50,326 bases of DNA, taken from a virus. Taxonomy: Duplodnaviria > Caudoviricetes. Within the stretch, counting starts at the first letter, position 1, and each line of letters opens with the position of its first letter. Below are positions 10,128 through 18,369 of the stretch, piece after piece. Both the position numbers and the translations under genes were made by a program. The notes under the pieces are model-generated. The model saw only the letters and a list, made by a program, of their open reading frames with translations. It was not told the origin of the DNA and did no database searches. The stretch lies in IMG/VR virus record IMGVR_UViG_3300027893_000005, positions 1 to 50,326 of that record; one strand, given 5' to 3'.

Positions 10128-10385
10128 CTAAATCCCCCTACGAACTTCCTTAGCAACCAACTTGTGAATGTCCTCGTCGGTAAGCTCACCCTTCTCCTCG
10201 ATAAGGCGAAAGAGTGCAGACCGTGGGACGGGCCGGTCGGTGATCCGAGCAACCCTGGCGTCCAGGTCATCGGCCTGTGTGCCCTTCTCAGCAGCCTCGC
10301 GCTCTTGGGCTATGCGCTCAGCCTCCCTACGCTCATCCATCAACTTGTCGATGTAGGCATCCGCCAACGGGTCGGGACTGTTCAT
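10128..10385 (-). CDS. Hypothetical protein (85 aa)
   Basis: TAATG coupling with the upstream gene; GAGG RBS. Confidence 0.65.
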   Translation of the reverse strand: MNSPDPLADAYIDKLMDERREAERIAQEREAAEKGTQADDLDARVARITDRPVPRSALFRLIEEKGELTDEDIHKLVAKEVRRGI

Positions 10386-10990
10386 TAGAACCTCAACCTC
10401 CGTGGCGTGATCGAAGGAACACCACCCCGGCGAGCCCCCCGGCGCTCCGGCGCGGCCATCTCCATCTCCTCGCGGACGTTGATACCACGCAGGAACTCGG
10501 CGGCTGTCAGGGTAGGAATCTCGCCGGTCTCAGCGAACTGCCGCTGCACCTGCTCCTCGTAGCGCTGCTCAAGCTCAGGCTCCATGTAGCGCAGGAACTC
10601 GGCCTCCTGGCGAGTCCAGCCAGGGGTAGGACGCCGGGCAGCCTCACCAACGAGGCCGGGCATCTGGGCCTGCTCCATGCGCGTGAGCCCACCGATCTCC
10701 TGGAGAAACGCAGGCGCGGAGAGCCAAGTGCGGAAGGCAGTCGTGAACTCCTTCAACATCTCCCCGAAAAGACCGCCAGCCTCTGCCTGCATCTCTCCAG
10801 TAGGAGCAGCAGACGGGGCCTGCGTCACCGAGGAGGCAACGGTTTCCGGTAGAGTCAGGGCAAGCCCCTCGACGAGCCCGTCCGCAGTAATCGCAGGATT
10901 CAGCGACAGAAGCTCGTCAAGGCTGATGCCCATGCGCTCTGCGAACTGCTCCAGGGTCTCACCCGCTCGTAGTTGTCCAGTGTTGGCCAT
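10385..10990 (-). CDS. LysM-domain virion protein
   Basis: N-terminal LRAGETLEQFAERMGISLDELLSLNP..LVEGLALTLP matches the LysM consensus. Confidence 0.8.
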   Translation of the reverse strand: MANTGQLRAGETLEQFAERMGISLDELLSLNPAITADGLVEGLALTLPETVASSVTQAPSAAPTGEMQAEAGGLFGEMLKEFTTAFRTWLSAPAFLQEIGGLTRMEQAQMPGLVGEAARRPTPGWTRQEAEFLRYMEPELEQRYEEQVQRQFAETGEIPTLTAAEFLRGINVREEMEMAAPERRGARRGGVPSITPRRLRF

Positions 10991-12243
10991 TATTCGTAGA
11001 TTCCCTCCTTCACTACGAAGGCCGGGGCTCCACTGCTGCTGACTCCGGGAGCGAGACCCCCTTCCTCAGCGACGAACTTGGCCCCTGCCTCCGGCTGATA
11101 AGCGGGAAGCTCAGGTATAGGATACCCCTCTTTGCGCAGCCAGTCAATGAAGTCGCCCTCGAAGACCCCACGGGCAGCGGCGGACAGGAAGCGGTCTCCC
11201 TGCACGGTGGCAGCCTGGCGGGAGAAGAGAGCACCACGCAGCGGCTCGCTCATCGTCGGGCCGAGCAGCCTGTCCAAGGTGCTCATGACGAAGGAAAACC
11301 GAGAGCGCGGGTCTTCGTACCCACCGGTCAGGAACTGGCGGGCGAAGCCACCCATGCCCTCGATACCGGCAATGACCGACTCGCGGGAGGGGAATCCCTC
11401 GGTAACGACTTGGTTAATGACTCGGTTAAGCTCGACGGCACCGCCAGGAGACTTCAGGATGTCCTGCCCCTCGCGGGTGGATGCCAGAAGCACCATCGAC
11501 GGCACCAGGTCTCGCAGGAAGCCATAGATGGGAGGCGACGGGACGACACCCGCCTTGTCGAACATGGCCTGGAGGAAGGCTTCCGGCTCCTCCAGGGCCA
11601 GGCGCTGGAGCCCAAACTTCTCACCGATGCCCTCGACGCCAAGCTCGTCCAGTTGTTCCGGTGTCAGGGCCGAGAAGACATCCCCGATCTGGCCAGCGAC
11701 TGCACCAACGTCGGGAGAGGCAGACGGGCCAGCCTCGGCAGCAGCGCGTCCCTCTTCGGTCGGGAACTCCCACACACCGCCTTCCCCCAACTTGGGGGCG
11801 TCGGCAGGGCGCTCACCACCGGCGTTGAGGTACTGCATGTACTCCTGGGGAGTCATGCCCATCATGGTAGCCTCGATCTGTATCTGCTGCGACAGCTTCT
11901 CGCCCAGGTAGGCAAACGGCTCGGTCAGCGGATCGCTCAAGGTGAGACCAAACGCGCGGGCCTCAGCAGCCTCGCCGGTGGTGGGCTTCTGGGCGGCACG
12001 CTCGTGCTGCCACGACGTGAACTCCTTGTCAAGCTGCTTCCGGGCACTCTTGATCCGCTCAAGGGCAGTCTTCTCATCAGGGAAAGCGTTCCAGAAGCCT
12101 TGCGCGGTAGCGTCAGGCCAGCCAGCCTTGTCCAGGTAGTTCAGATACCACACGATGAACTCGCGCGATAGGCCAGACCTGCGCACAAGCTCGTCCAAGG
12201 GATCACGCTTGGGTTCGTACTCCGGCTGTCCACCAATAGGCAT
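10990..12243 (-). CDS. Probable internal virion/ejection protein (417 aa)
   Basis: Coupled to the portal stop (TAATG); helical composition; synteny. Confidence 0.6.
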   Translation of the reverse strand: MPIGGQPEYEPKRDPLDELVRRSGLSREFIVWYLNYLDKAGWPDATAQGFWNAFPDEKTALERIKSARKQLDKEFTSWQHERAAQKPTTGEAAEARAFGLTLSDPLTEPFAYLGEKLSQQIQIEATMMGMTPQEYMQYLNAGGERPADAPKLGEGGVWEFPTEEGRAAAEAGPSASPDVGAVAGQIGDVFSALTPEQLDELGVEGIGEKFGLQRLALEEPEAFLQAMFDKAGVVPSPPIYGFLRDLVPSMVLLASTREGQDILKSPGGAVELNRVINQVVTEGFPSRESVIAGIEGMGGFARQFLTGGYEDPRSRFSFVMSTLDRLLGPTMSEPLRGALFSRQAATVQGDRFLSAAARGVFEGDFIDWLRKEGYPIPELPAYQPEAGAKFVAEEGGLAPGVSSSGAPAFVVKEGIYE

Positions 12244-14180
12244 TAGACTACTTCCTCAGCGGCACCGGCCGGGGTGGGCGCTACGCCCTCCCTTCCGGAC
12301 TCAATGCCCGCCGTTTCGGGCGGGGCTGCTTCGGGCCGTGCCATTGCAGGCGACGCGGTTACCGGTCTACCGGGGGCTCCGCCCTCACCGGCGAGTTGGG
12401 CCATTAGCCGAGCCTGCATGACCTGCTGGGCAAAGGCCATCATGAACGCCTTGTCACCGAAAATCTTGGCGATCTCCGGCATGCCACGAGCGGTCATCCG
12501 GCTCTGCAACCTCAACATTACCACAATCGGGTCAAGGTCTGCAATGTCATCGAACAGCAGCTTCTTCTCTCGCTCGGCGTCCTCCCATTCCAGCACCTGG
12601 TCGAAGATGGTCTGGATGCTGGCCAGTGGTCGGGCAGGATTGGCAAGCTGGGCGGCGATGTTGACGCGCACTGCCAAGTCGTCAGGCAGCGCGGGCTTTG
12701 CCTTCATCTCAACGTAGACGACCTCCTGGATAATGTCAGGGCCAAAGTTCAGCTTCATCAGGCGACGGCCGGAGCCCTCAGCGATGACCGTGAACTCCTT
12801 GCCGGACTTGTGGTAAAGCTGGTTCATCAGCGACTGGGCGATCTCTGTGGCCCAGAACTCGTAAGCCTCGATCCAGGGGCCGAGGGAGTTGAGCGCAGCG
12901 TTCTCCATCTGGGAGCGGAGGAAGCCGGAGCCCTGGAACTGCTCCAGACCGCGCAGCAAGCGCTGGTCAATCGTGCCCTGGGCAATCTGCATACCGATGA
13001 ACTCCAGGAGGCGGTAGGTGTCGGGGCTCGCAGCCATGCCAGCGACGCGCTCAAGCGACTCCCCGATCTTCATGGGGTTGACGGCATTGCCGCCGATGAT
13101 AACGTCACGAAGCTCTCCGGTGCGGGTGCGCTGCACCCAAGTGCCGAAGGCGTCGTTGTCCATGATCTGCCAGATGATGGACACGATCTCGTTGAATTGG
13201 GGCACCGCGTCCTCAACGGCAGCCAGGATGGAGCGGCCTTGGTCAGCTACCCAACCTCCCTGCCGCTTCCAGATGGGAAGGTCGGGCCTCTTGGTGATCA
13301 AGTCTTCGGGGCCACGGCCAATGATGTTGCTCTCGATCCGCTTGGGAGTGTTGAAGAACGGGAGGCCGTGGCTGGGAACGATAATGGCAGGACACGCCGG
13401 GTTGTCGCGCTCGTCCTTGATCTCGTGCAGGCTGGGCGGATCGGCCCAGACGAGCCACTCAGCCGGACGGCCGTAGTTGCGGGGATCGCCCGTGGCTCGC
13501 TTCTTCGGGTGGGTGATGGCCAGGCCCTCCTGGTAGCGATCCCAATACTCGTACTGGGTAACCCACATTCCCAAGTCTTGCTGGTACTTGCCCTCCCTCA
13601 GTAGCTCCTTGACCTTCAGGTTGTTCTCGATGTCGGGGAAGCTCTCCAGGATGTCACCCCAGGTAGTCAGCGACTCGTAGATGACGGACTGGAGCCCACG
13701 GCGGTCGAACATCGGGTAGACGAAGCGCATGTCCCAGGGCTCGTAGTCGAGGGGCTCGTCCTCGTCACGGACAACGAAGCGGGAGGCAGCCCACCCGCGC
13801 AGGAGCAACTGCCAGGCGGCGACCTTGCGAGCGGACGGAAGGCCACGCCGGTTCATCTGCCGATCAAGGTCACGGAAGCAGCCCTTGATCCCGAACTCCA
13901 GGAGCCCAACGTCGTCCCGCTTTGCATCGGGCTCAACGTAGGTCATCGGGATGCGAGGCTTGAACGGGTTCCTGGACATGGTACTCACGCTCAGGTCGAG
14001 CAGGGTGCGGGGCTCGTTGGAGGTGAAGCGGACGGTGCCCTTGGGCTTGGCAAGCTGATGCTCGTCTACGAGGAGGTACATCATGTGCCACACGTCCATC
14101 CGGTCGTCGCGTGGCTTCATATCGCGCTTGCGATACGTGATCTGCTGCTGAAGGTCTGGAATCTCAATCAGGTCGGGCAT
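12243..14180 (-). CDS. Portal protein
   Basis: About 645 aa downstream of the terminase, with podovirus portal size and pattern; likely start MPDLIEIP at 14180 after AGGTG. Confidence 0.8.
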   Translation of the reverse strand: MPDLIEIPDLQQQITYRKRDMKPRDDRMDVWHMMYLLVDEHQLAKPKGTVRFTSNEPRTLLDLSVSTMSRNPFKPRIPMTYVEPDAKRDDVGLLEFGIKGCFRDLDRQMNRRGLPSARKVAAWQLLLRGWAASRFVVRDEDEPLDYEPWDMRFVYPMFDRRGLQSVIYESLTTWGDILESFPDIENNLKVKELLREGKYQQDLGMWVTQYEYWDRYQEGLAITHPKKRATGDPRNYGRPAEWLVWADPPSLHEIKDERDNPACPAIIVPSHGLPFFNTPKRIESNIIGRGPEDLITKRPDLPIWKRQGGWVADQGRSILAAVEDAVPQFNEIVSIIWQIMDNDAFGTWVQRTRTGELRDVIIGGNAVNPMKIGESLERVAGMAASPDTYRLLEFIGMQIAQGTIDQRLLRGLEQFQGSGFLRSQMENAALNSLGPWIEAYEFWATEIAQSLMNQLYHKSGKEFTVIAEGSGRRLMKLNFGPDIIQEVVYVEMKAKPALPDDLAVRVNIAAQLANPARPLASIQTIFDQVLEWEDAEREKKLLFDDIADLDPIVVMLRLQSRMTARGMPEIAKIFGDKAFMMAFAQQVMQARLMAQLAGEGGAPGRPVTASPAMARPEAAPPETAGIESGREGVAPTPAGAAEEVV

Positions 14181-14185
14181 GTCAC

Positions 14186-14359
14186 CTACCCCGTGCTGTG
14201 CAACAGCGTCCACACACCGATGTCAATGCAGACGTAATGCTTCCTGGTATTGGTAGTGTAGAACTCGTCTCCGGGGTTGGGAGAGACGGCGTTCTTGTCG
14301 CTCTCGCTCCCCTTCCACACCTTGGTGCCGTTTCGGTCATGGATAAACACAGCGGCCAT
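14186..14359 (-). CDS. Small protein with fibre-like motif (57 aa)
   Basis: GGAGGG RBS; PNPGDEFYTTNTRKHYVC..GVW motif. Confidence 0.6.
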   Translation of the reverse strand: MAAVFIHDRNGTKVWKGSESDKNAVSPNPGDEFYTTNTRKHYVCIDIGVWTLLHSTG

Positions 14360-14370
14360 AGCACCCTCCA

Positions 14371-15981
14371 TTATAGCGTGTTGGGACGGAACTGTACAGG
14401 CTGAGTCCGTCCCTGATTTGACACCGGCGGCTGGAACTCGCGGGCAACGAGGCCAATGCCAAGGGCCATAGCGTAGTCATCGTGCTCGCCCGGCATGGCC
14501 TCCAGCCGGGGGCGACCAGACGAGCCTTCCTTCTTCGTCCAAACGAGACTGACCAACTCCTGCAACCCGCGCTGATCCCAGCAGACCAGGCTCCCGCCAG
14601 GAATGTGCTCCATCAGGGCAGACTGGAGCATCGGGCGAGTGCGAGCGTCAGTTCTCCAGCCCACGTCGCCTACGTACTCAGGACGGCGTGGGTCGATGCC
14701 GTAGTACAGATTCGGGTACTGCCACTTGTTCTCCAGGTCTTTGCCGGTGGCGTAGCCGATTCCGGGCCAGGTCTCAGGCACAAGCATGGCCTCATTATAG
14801 TAGTAGCCCATCTTGACCAGAATCTCAGCGGCCTCGGTGGGGTCAACCATGTTGTCGTAGTAAGCGGCCACCACCTCTAGAGTCTGGTAGTCGAGCACAG
14901 GGGCGGCAAAGAAGTCATCGCCGCAACCCTCAGAGATGTCGGCCGGGATGAGATACTGGCGACCGGGAAGCGGCTCCTTCCAAATCCACATGTGGTTGAC
15001 GTACCGGCGGAAGTCCTCACCAGGTCGCTCCGGCAGCCCCCTCTCTATTGGCTCCCGCGAGTCTCTCATCAGGCGCTGGATGGTCTTCATGTCAAAGGGA
15101 GACTTGGCACCAGCGGCGAAGCAGGTGATCGGGTCTTCCGGGTACTCCTGCTCGAACGGCTTATCAGTCAGGGCAAGCTCAGCAGCCTTCATCCTGCGCC
15201 AGTGGATATGGGCATAGGTCAGGCCGTGCTCACGCATAAGGTACTTCTCCTGCTGCGTGAGGTCTGTGATCGGATCATCCTTGTCCGAGATGTACTCAGC
15301 AGTCTCCCACCAAGGGTAGAAGAACAACTCCCAGTGACCGCCGATCCCGGCCTCACGGCCACCACCAGCGGCCTTGACCACGTTGTGGAAGACGCCACCG
15401 GCCCCATTGGGGGTGGACTCGATGTCAACTTCGCCATCCACCGGGACGGACTGAAGGGCACCGGTGACGGTCTCTACCGGGTGAGCCCAGTGCGCCACCT
15501 CGGTGCAGTGGAGACGATTGACCGTCCACGCGCGGCCCACGCCCTCACCCTCGGCAGTCTCAAACAGGATGCGCGAGCCCAGGCCGGGGAACTCCAGCAT
15601 GTCGGCATTGTCCTCGCCAACGACCGGTGCAAGCCCAATACGCTTCAGGTCGCTGAGATGCTGCTTATAGTGGGCGCGGAACAGCTTCAGGGTGGGGGCA
15701 TCCTGGGCGATCACGAGGACGGTAAAGTTGGGCGTGGTCATGGCATCCATCGCGTTGTGGGCAACAATGATGGCGGACTCCCCGATCTGGCGCGGCTTCA
15801 GGTGCACGCGACGCCGAGGATGGTCAACGACTGTAGCCCGCAGGATAAAGTCGCGCTGGTTGGGCCACAGTTTGAAGGCTACGATACGATTGTGCTTGTC
15901 CGGGACAGTCAGGAGCCCCTCAATCCGCTTGATCGGGTCGAAAAGCACCTCAGTCTCGGCCAAATCGGTGCCATTGCGCAT
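14371..15981 (-). CDS. terL: Terminase large subunit
   Basis: Walker A LKPRQIGES, Walker B LHCTEVAHW, coupling motif ESTPNG, RNase H-like nuclease motifs ADISEG and HDDYAMALGI. Confidence 0.95.
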   Translation of the reverse strand: MRNGTDLAETEVLFDPIKRIEGLLTVPDKHNRIVAFKLWPNQRDFILRATVVDHPRRRVHLKPRQIGESAIIVAHNAMDAMTTPNFTVLVIAQDAPTLKLFRAHYKQHLSDLKRIGLAPVVGEDNADMLEFPGLGSRILFETAEGEGVGRAWTVNRLHCTEVAHWAHPVETVTGALQSVPVDGEVDIESTPNGAGGVFHNVVKAAGGGREAGIGGHWELFFYPWWETAEYISDKDDPITDLTQQEKYLMREHGLTYAHIHWRRMKAAELALTDKPFEQEYPEDPITCFAAGAKSPFDMKTIQRLMRDSREPIERGLPERPGEDFRRYVNHMWIWKEPLPGRQYLIPADISEGCGDDFFAAPVLDYQTLEVVAAYYDNMVDPTEAAEILVKMGYYYNEAMLVPETWPGIGYATGKDLENKWQYPNLYYGIDPRRPEYVGDVGWRTDARTRPMLQSALMEHIPGGSLVCWDQRGLQELVSLVWTKKEGSSGRPRLEAMPGEHDDYAMALGIGLVAREFQPPVSNQGRTQPVQFRPNTL

Positions 15982-15997
15982 GAGCGCCTCCTTTTCG

Positions 15998-16276
15998 CTA
16001 CTTGGCAGCGGTCTTCTGGCCCTTCTTGAGCATGTTGAGGTACATCAGGGCCTGTTTCTTGGCCTTCGGGCCGTACCGACCGGCGGCAGCCGCCCGAACC
16101 TTGCTCTCAGGAATCTTCTCGTCCTCTGGGACACCCAGAGAGCGATGCAGACCGCCCTTCTCAAAGGTCACCGGCTCCTGCCCCTTCTTCTGGGGCTTCA
16201 TCGTGACCTTCTTTGACTTGGAACGGCCCTTCTTCCCCTTCAGGCCCTTCGCAATGCGAGACTCATGGGTTGCCAT
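15998..16276 (-). CDS. Small basic phage protein (92 aa)
   Basis: Lys-rich; KGGLHRSLGVPEDEKIP motif of a type seen in small phage proteins near terminase genes. Confidence 0.7.
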   Translation of the reverse strand: MATHESRIAKGLKGKKGRSKSKKVTMKPQKKGQEPVTFEKGGLHRSLGVPEDEKIPESKVRAAAAGRYGPKAKKQALMYLNMLKKGQKTAAK

Positions 16277-16280
16277 GCGC

Positions 16281-16451
16281 TCAATCCCCCCTCTTCTTGG
16301 GGCTGAACCGCCTCTTACGATTCCGCCGCTGCTTCATACAGCGCTTCCGCATCTCGACGGGGGTCTCCTTGACCATTTCCTTGCCCCACGCCTCGCCTCT
16401 ACCGGCTGCTGCGGCCGCTGCACGGTACTGATCACAGTTCTTAGCTGGCAT
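16281..16451 (-). CDS. Small basic protein (56 aa, below the ORF-track cutoff)
   Basis: Manual translation MPAKNCDQYRAAAAAAGRGEAWGKEMVKETPVEMRKRCMKQRRNRKRRFSPKKRGD; fills the gap in the operon. Confidence 0.65.
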   Translation of the reverse strand: MPAKNCDQYRAAAAAAGRGEAWGKEMVKETPVEMRKRCMKQRRNRKRRFSPKKRGD

Positions 16452-16710
16452 CTCTACCCTCTACGGCCCTCAAACGCTTGTCTAGCTCGGCCTCCAGGCC
16501 CACAATACGGGCCTGGGCGACCAAAACGGCCGTCTTGAGGTCAGAAATCTCGCTCCGGAGGCAATGAACCTCATCGTTGCACGCCTTTTTCGCCTTCAGG
16601 CAGGCATCCAGAGCCCTCTTCGACCGGAAATGGGCCAAAATCAGGCCAAAAGCGCCTCCCATGAGGGGCGGAACGACGGTTCTCAGGACTTCCAGAGCCA
16701 GATTTTCCAC
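16441..16710 (-). CDS. Single-TM coiled-coil protein, holin-like; first gene of the late operon
   Basis: GTG start with AGGAGG; N-terminal hydrophobic helix followed by heptad repeats. Confidence 0.55.
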   Translation of the reverse strand: MENLALEVLRTVVPPLMGGAFGLILAHFRSKRALDACLKAKKACNDEVHCLRSEISDLKTAVLVAQARIVGLEAELDKRLRAVEGRDAS

Positions 16711-16715
16711 TTTTT

Positions 16716-16828
16716 CCTCCTCGCTCTCCTATAGCTGTGGGGGCCGAGTGAAGGAGGCGGACACCCGACCCCCGGCGACGCATCCCCCGTAGGGGATATT
16801 GGGCAGCAGAGTGCGGAGAGCGGCACTC
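16716..16828 (-). ncRNA. Structured 5' leader RNA (three hairpins, two loop-RBS pairings)
   Basis: P1 GAGUGC/GCACUC, P2 AUCCCC-UACG-GGGGAU, P3 12-bp stem; loops complementary to GGAGAGCG and AGGAGG just before the start codon. Confidence 0.7.
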
Positions 16829-16834
16829 GACTAT

Positions 16835-16864
16835 AGCTTACGGGAGCGAAATCGGAGTTGTCAA
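16835..16864 (-). promoter_or_regulatory. Late-operon sigma70-type promoter
   Basis: TTGACA-18 nt-TAAGCT; predicted +1 at about 16828 coincides with the first base of hairpin P1. Confidence 0.75.
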
Positions 16865-16994
16865 GCTCTTTTCCGGGTTCTCATAGAAAATTTTTATCGG
16901 GAGGATGGTCTGGGCGGGCCTGGCGCATATCATTGAATCATTTAACACCCCTCTGACGACCTGACACTTATTAATATCTTAGGGTCTGGACGTG

Positions 16995-17023
16995 TTGCTT
17001 GATTAAATGTTTTGTGGTACAGT
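16995..17023 (+). promoter_or_regulatory. Promoter for the RHH-tRNA unit
   Basis: TTGCTT-17 nt-TACAGT with extended -10 TG. Confidence 0.65.
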
Positions 17024-17044
17024 AGTAGTGAGGAGGTGAGAGAG

Positions 17045-17293
17045 ATGATCTCACAGCATGTAGGAGTCCTCATCCCTGCCAAGCTGCTAGAGTGGCTCGA
17101 CGAAGAGGCCGAGAAGCGCGGCATGACCCGCAGTCGCACGGTCGCTACGATTCTCCTGGAGCAATCCGGGCTTGACCTGGAGCTTCCCCCGCGCGGGCGA
17201 AGGATCGAGACAGAACGCAAGCGTGCCATCCGGGAGATCGGAGAGGCCACCGGGCAGGTTCCCATTCCCGGCAGCAACCTGCCATACTATTAG
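17045..17293 (+). CDS. Ribbon-helix-helix (CopG/Arc-like) transcriptional regulator
   Basis: HVGVLIPAKLLEWLDEEAEKRGMTRSRTVATIL fits the RHH pattern; GAGGAGGTG RBS before ATG 17045. Confidence 0.8.
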   Translation: MISQHVGVLIPAKLLEWLDEEAEKRGMTRSRTVATILLEQSGLDLELPPRGRRIETERKRAIREIGEATGQVPIPGSNLPYY

Positions 17294-17298
17294 GGTAC

Positions 17299-17372
17299 GG
17301 GCGCTTAGTTTAACGGAAGAACGCTGCGCTCCAAATGCAGTAGCGGGGGTTCGATCCCTTCAGCGCCCGCCA
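17299..17372 (+). tRNA. trnW: tRNA-Trp(CCA)
   Basis: Acceptor GGGCGCT/AGCGCCC, anticodon arm CTGCG-CT-CCA-AA-TGCAG, TTCGA T-loop, G73, encoded CCA. Confidence 0.95.
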
Positions 17373-17375
17373 AGG

Positions 17376-17450
17376 TGCAGGGTCGTCTAGCGGTAGGACA
17401 CCTGGCTCTGAACCAGGAGATCGGAGGTTCGAATCCTCCCCCTGCATCCA
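17376..17450 (+). tRNA. trnQ: tRNA-Gln(CUG)
   Basis: Acceptor TGCAGGG/CCCTGCA (U1-A72), anticodon arm CCTGG-CT-CTG-AA-CCAGG, GGTTCGAATCC, encoded CCA. Confidence 0.95.
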
Positions 17451-17656
17451 CTCTCCCCCACTAGTAAAGCTCCCTTAACTTCCCCACATCGTTAATAAAG
17501 ATCGCGTAGGCTTCGTCCTGGTACGAGGTATATTTGGCCAATTTTCGCCCCGCGCTGTCAGAGGACTAGAAACAAATGGGTAACGGAGCCGGGTGCGCCG
17601 GAACGAAGCGGTGTGGAATTGAATCCGCGCCGCGCGGACATGATTTTGGTCGGCTC

Positions 17657-17817
17657 GAACAAATTTTCAGAACAAATGTGCCAAATGTGCGGAATTAGCA
17701 CAGGCGTTCTTGCGTATACGTGTATTCCCCCATCGATGACACATCTGTTTGCCAAGAACAAATGTTTCAGCGCGTGCGTACTATCCGGTCTGGTGTGAAA
17801 AAATCGCACGCATGTTC
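17657..17817. promoter_or_regulatory. Cluster of Gram-positive-type LexA (SOS) box-like sites
   Basis: Five 7/8 matches to GAAC-N4-GTTC at 17657, 17670, 17698, 17756 and 17806, all with RNRY spacers; a weaker one at 17739. Confidence 0.65.
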
Positions 17818-17913
17818 GCTCGTGCTGGCTACGTCAGCGTGCGACCAGATAAAGCACTCGCAGTTTAAACAGTCCTTACAGTTTTAACATGACAAACTGA
17901 CACTTATATCGCA

Positions 17914-17942
17914 ATGCACAACGTCTATGCACAACGTCTATG
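17914..17942 (+). repeat. Tandem 13-bp direct repeat
   Basis: ATGCACAACGTCT twice, followed by ATG, in the non-coding control region. Confidence 0.85.
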
Positions 17943-18072
17943 GGCACGCACGCGCGGAATAGAGAATGGCTATAGATTGGCATAGCCTATCACTCAGGGA
18001 GGTAGGTATCGAGGCCGTCTATATCGAGGCACCAATCGGCGGCTGATAATCTTAGGAAAAGGTTGACAAGCG

Positions 18073-18081
18073 TGGTAAAAT
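18073..18081 (+). promoter_or_regulatory. Probable early promoter (extended -10)
   Basis: TG-G-TAAAAT upstream of the first early gene; the nearby TTGACA (18063) is not at canonical spacing to it. Confidence 0.45.
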
Positions 18082-18156
18082 GACCCTAGAGACTGTAACA
18101 TCCGGAGGCTTCGAGCGTCTTTATATCTGGAGACGTTTCGAAGGGAGGCGAGGCAG

Positions 18157-18369
18157 ATGCTAAAGCTCGCACGCGAGCAGAAGATGGCCATGCGTTATCT
18201 CTCGCGCAAGGGCAAGGTTGTTTCCGCCCATAGCGTGAGGGAATATGTCAGGCACTACACGCATAGGCACCACGGGAAGCACGCTGGTGCGTTTGACCCG
18301 TGCGCGAACTTCCCGAAGCCTATGTTCCACTTGGTGCCTGCCTCGGAAGTGAGGCTAGACTATGCCTGA
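18157..18369 (+). CDS. Early hypothetical protein (70 aa)
   Basis: GGAGG/GAGG RBS; first of a chain of overlapping ORFs. Confidence 0.65.
   Translation: MLKLAREQKMAMRYLSRKGKVVSAHSVREYVRHYTHRHHGKHAGAFDPCANFPKPMFHLVPASEVRLDYA

Noticed and set aside
451-16029. Many long plus-strand ORFs antisense to the structural genes (e.g. 1795..2943, 8057..9091, 14992..16029), and equivalent shadow ORFs elsewhere
   Set aside because: Expected shadows of GC-rich coding sequence; no RBS or recognisable motifs, and they fully overlap well-supported genes.
16276-16295. Programmed frameshift at the G6 run fusing the 56-aa ORF to the 92-aa basic protein
   Set aside because: The run also serves as the SD for the downstream ATG, and no stimulatory structure is evident.
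17299-17450. Suppressor tRNAs or stop-codon reassignment
   Set aside because: Anticodons are the standard CCA and CUG, and genes are intact under code 11 with TAG, TGA and TAA all used as stops.
17450-18150. CRISPR mini-array or coding ORFs (17558..17809, 17613..17798) in the control region
   Set aside because: Repeats are short, degenerate and lack regular unique spacers; the ORFs have no RBS and atypical composition.
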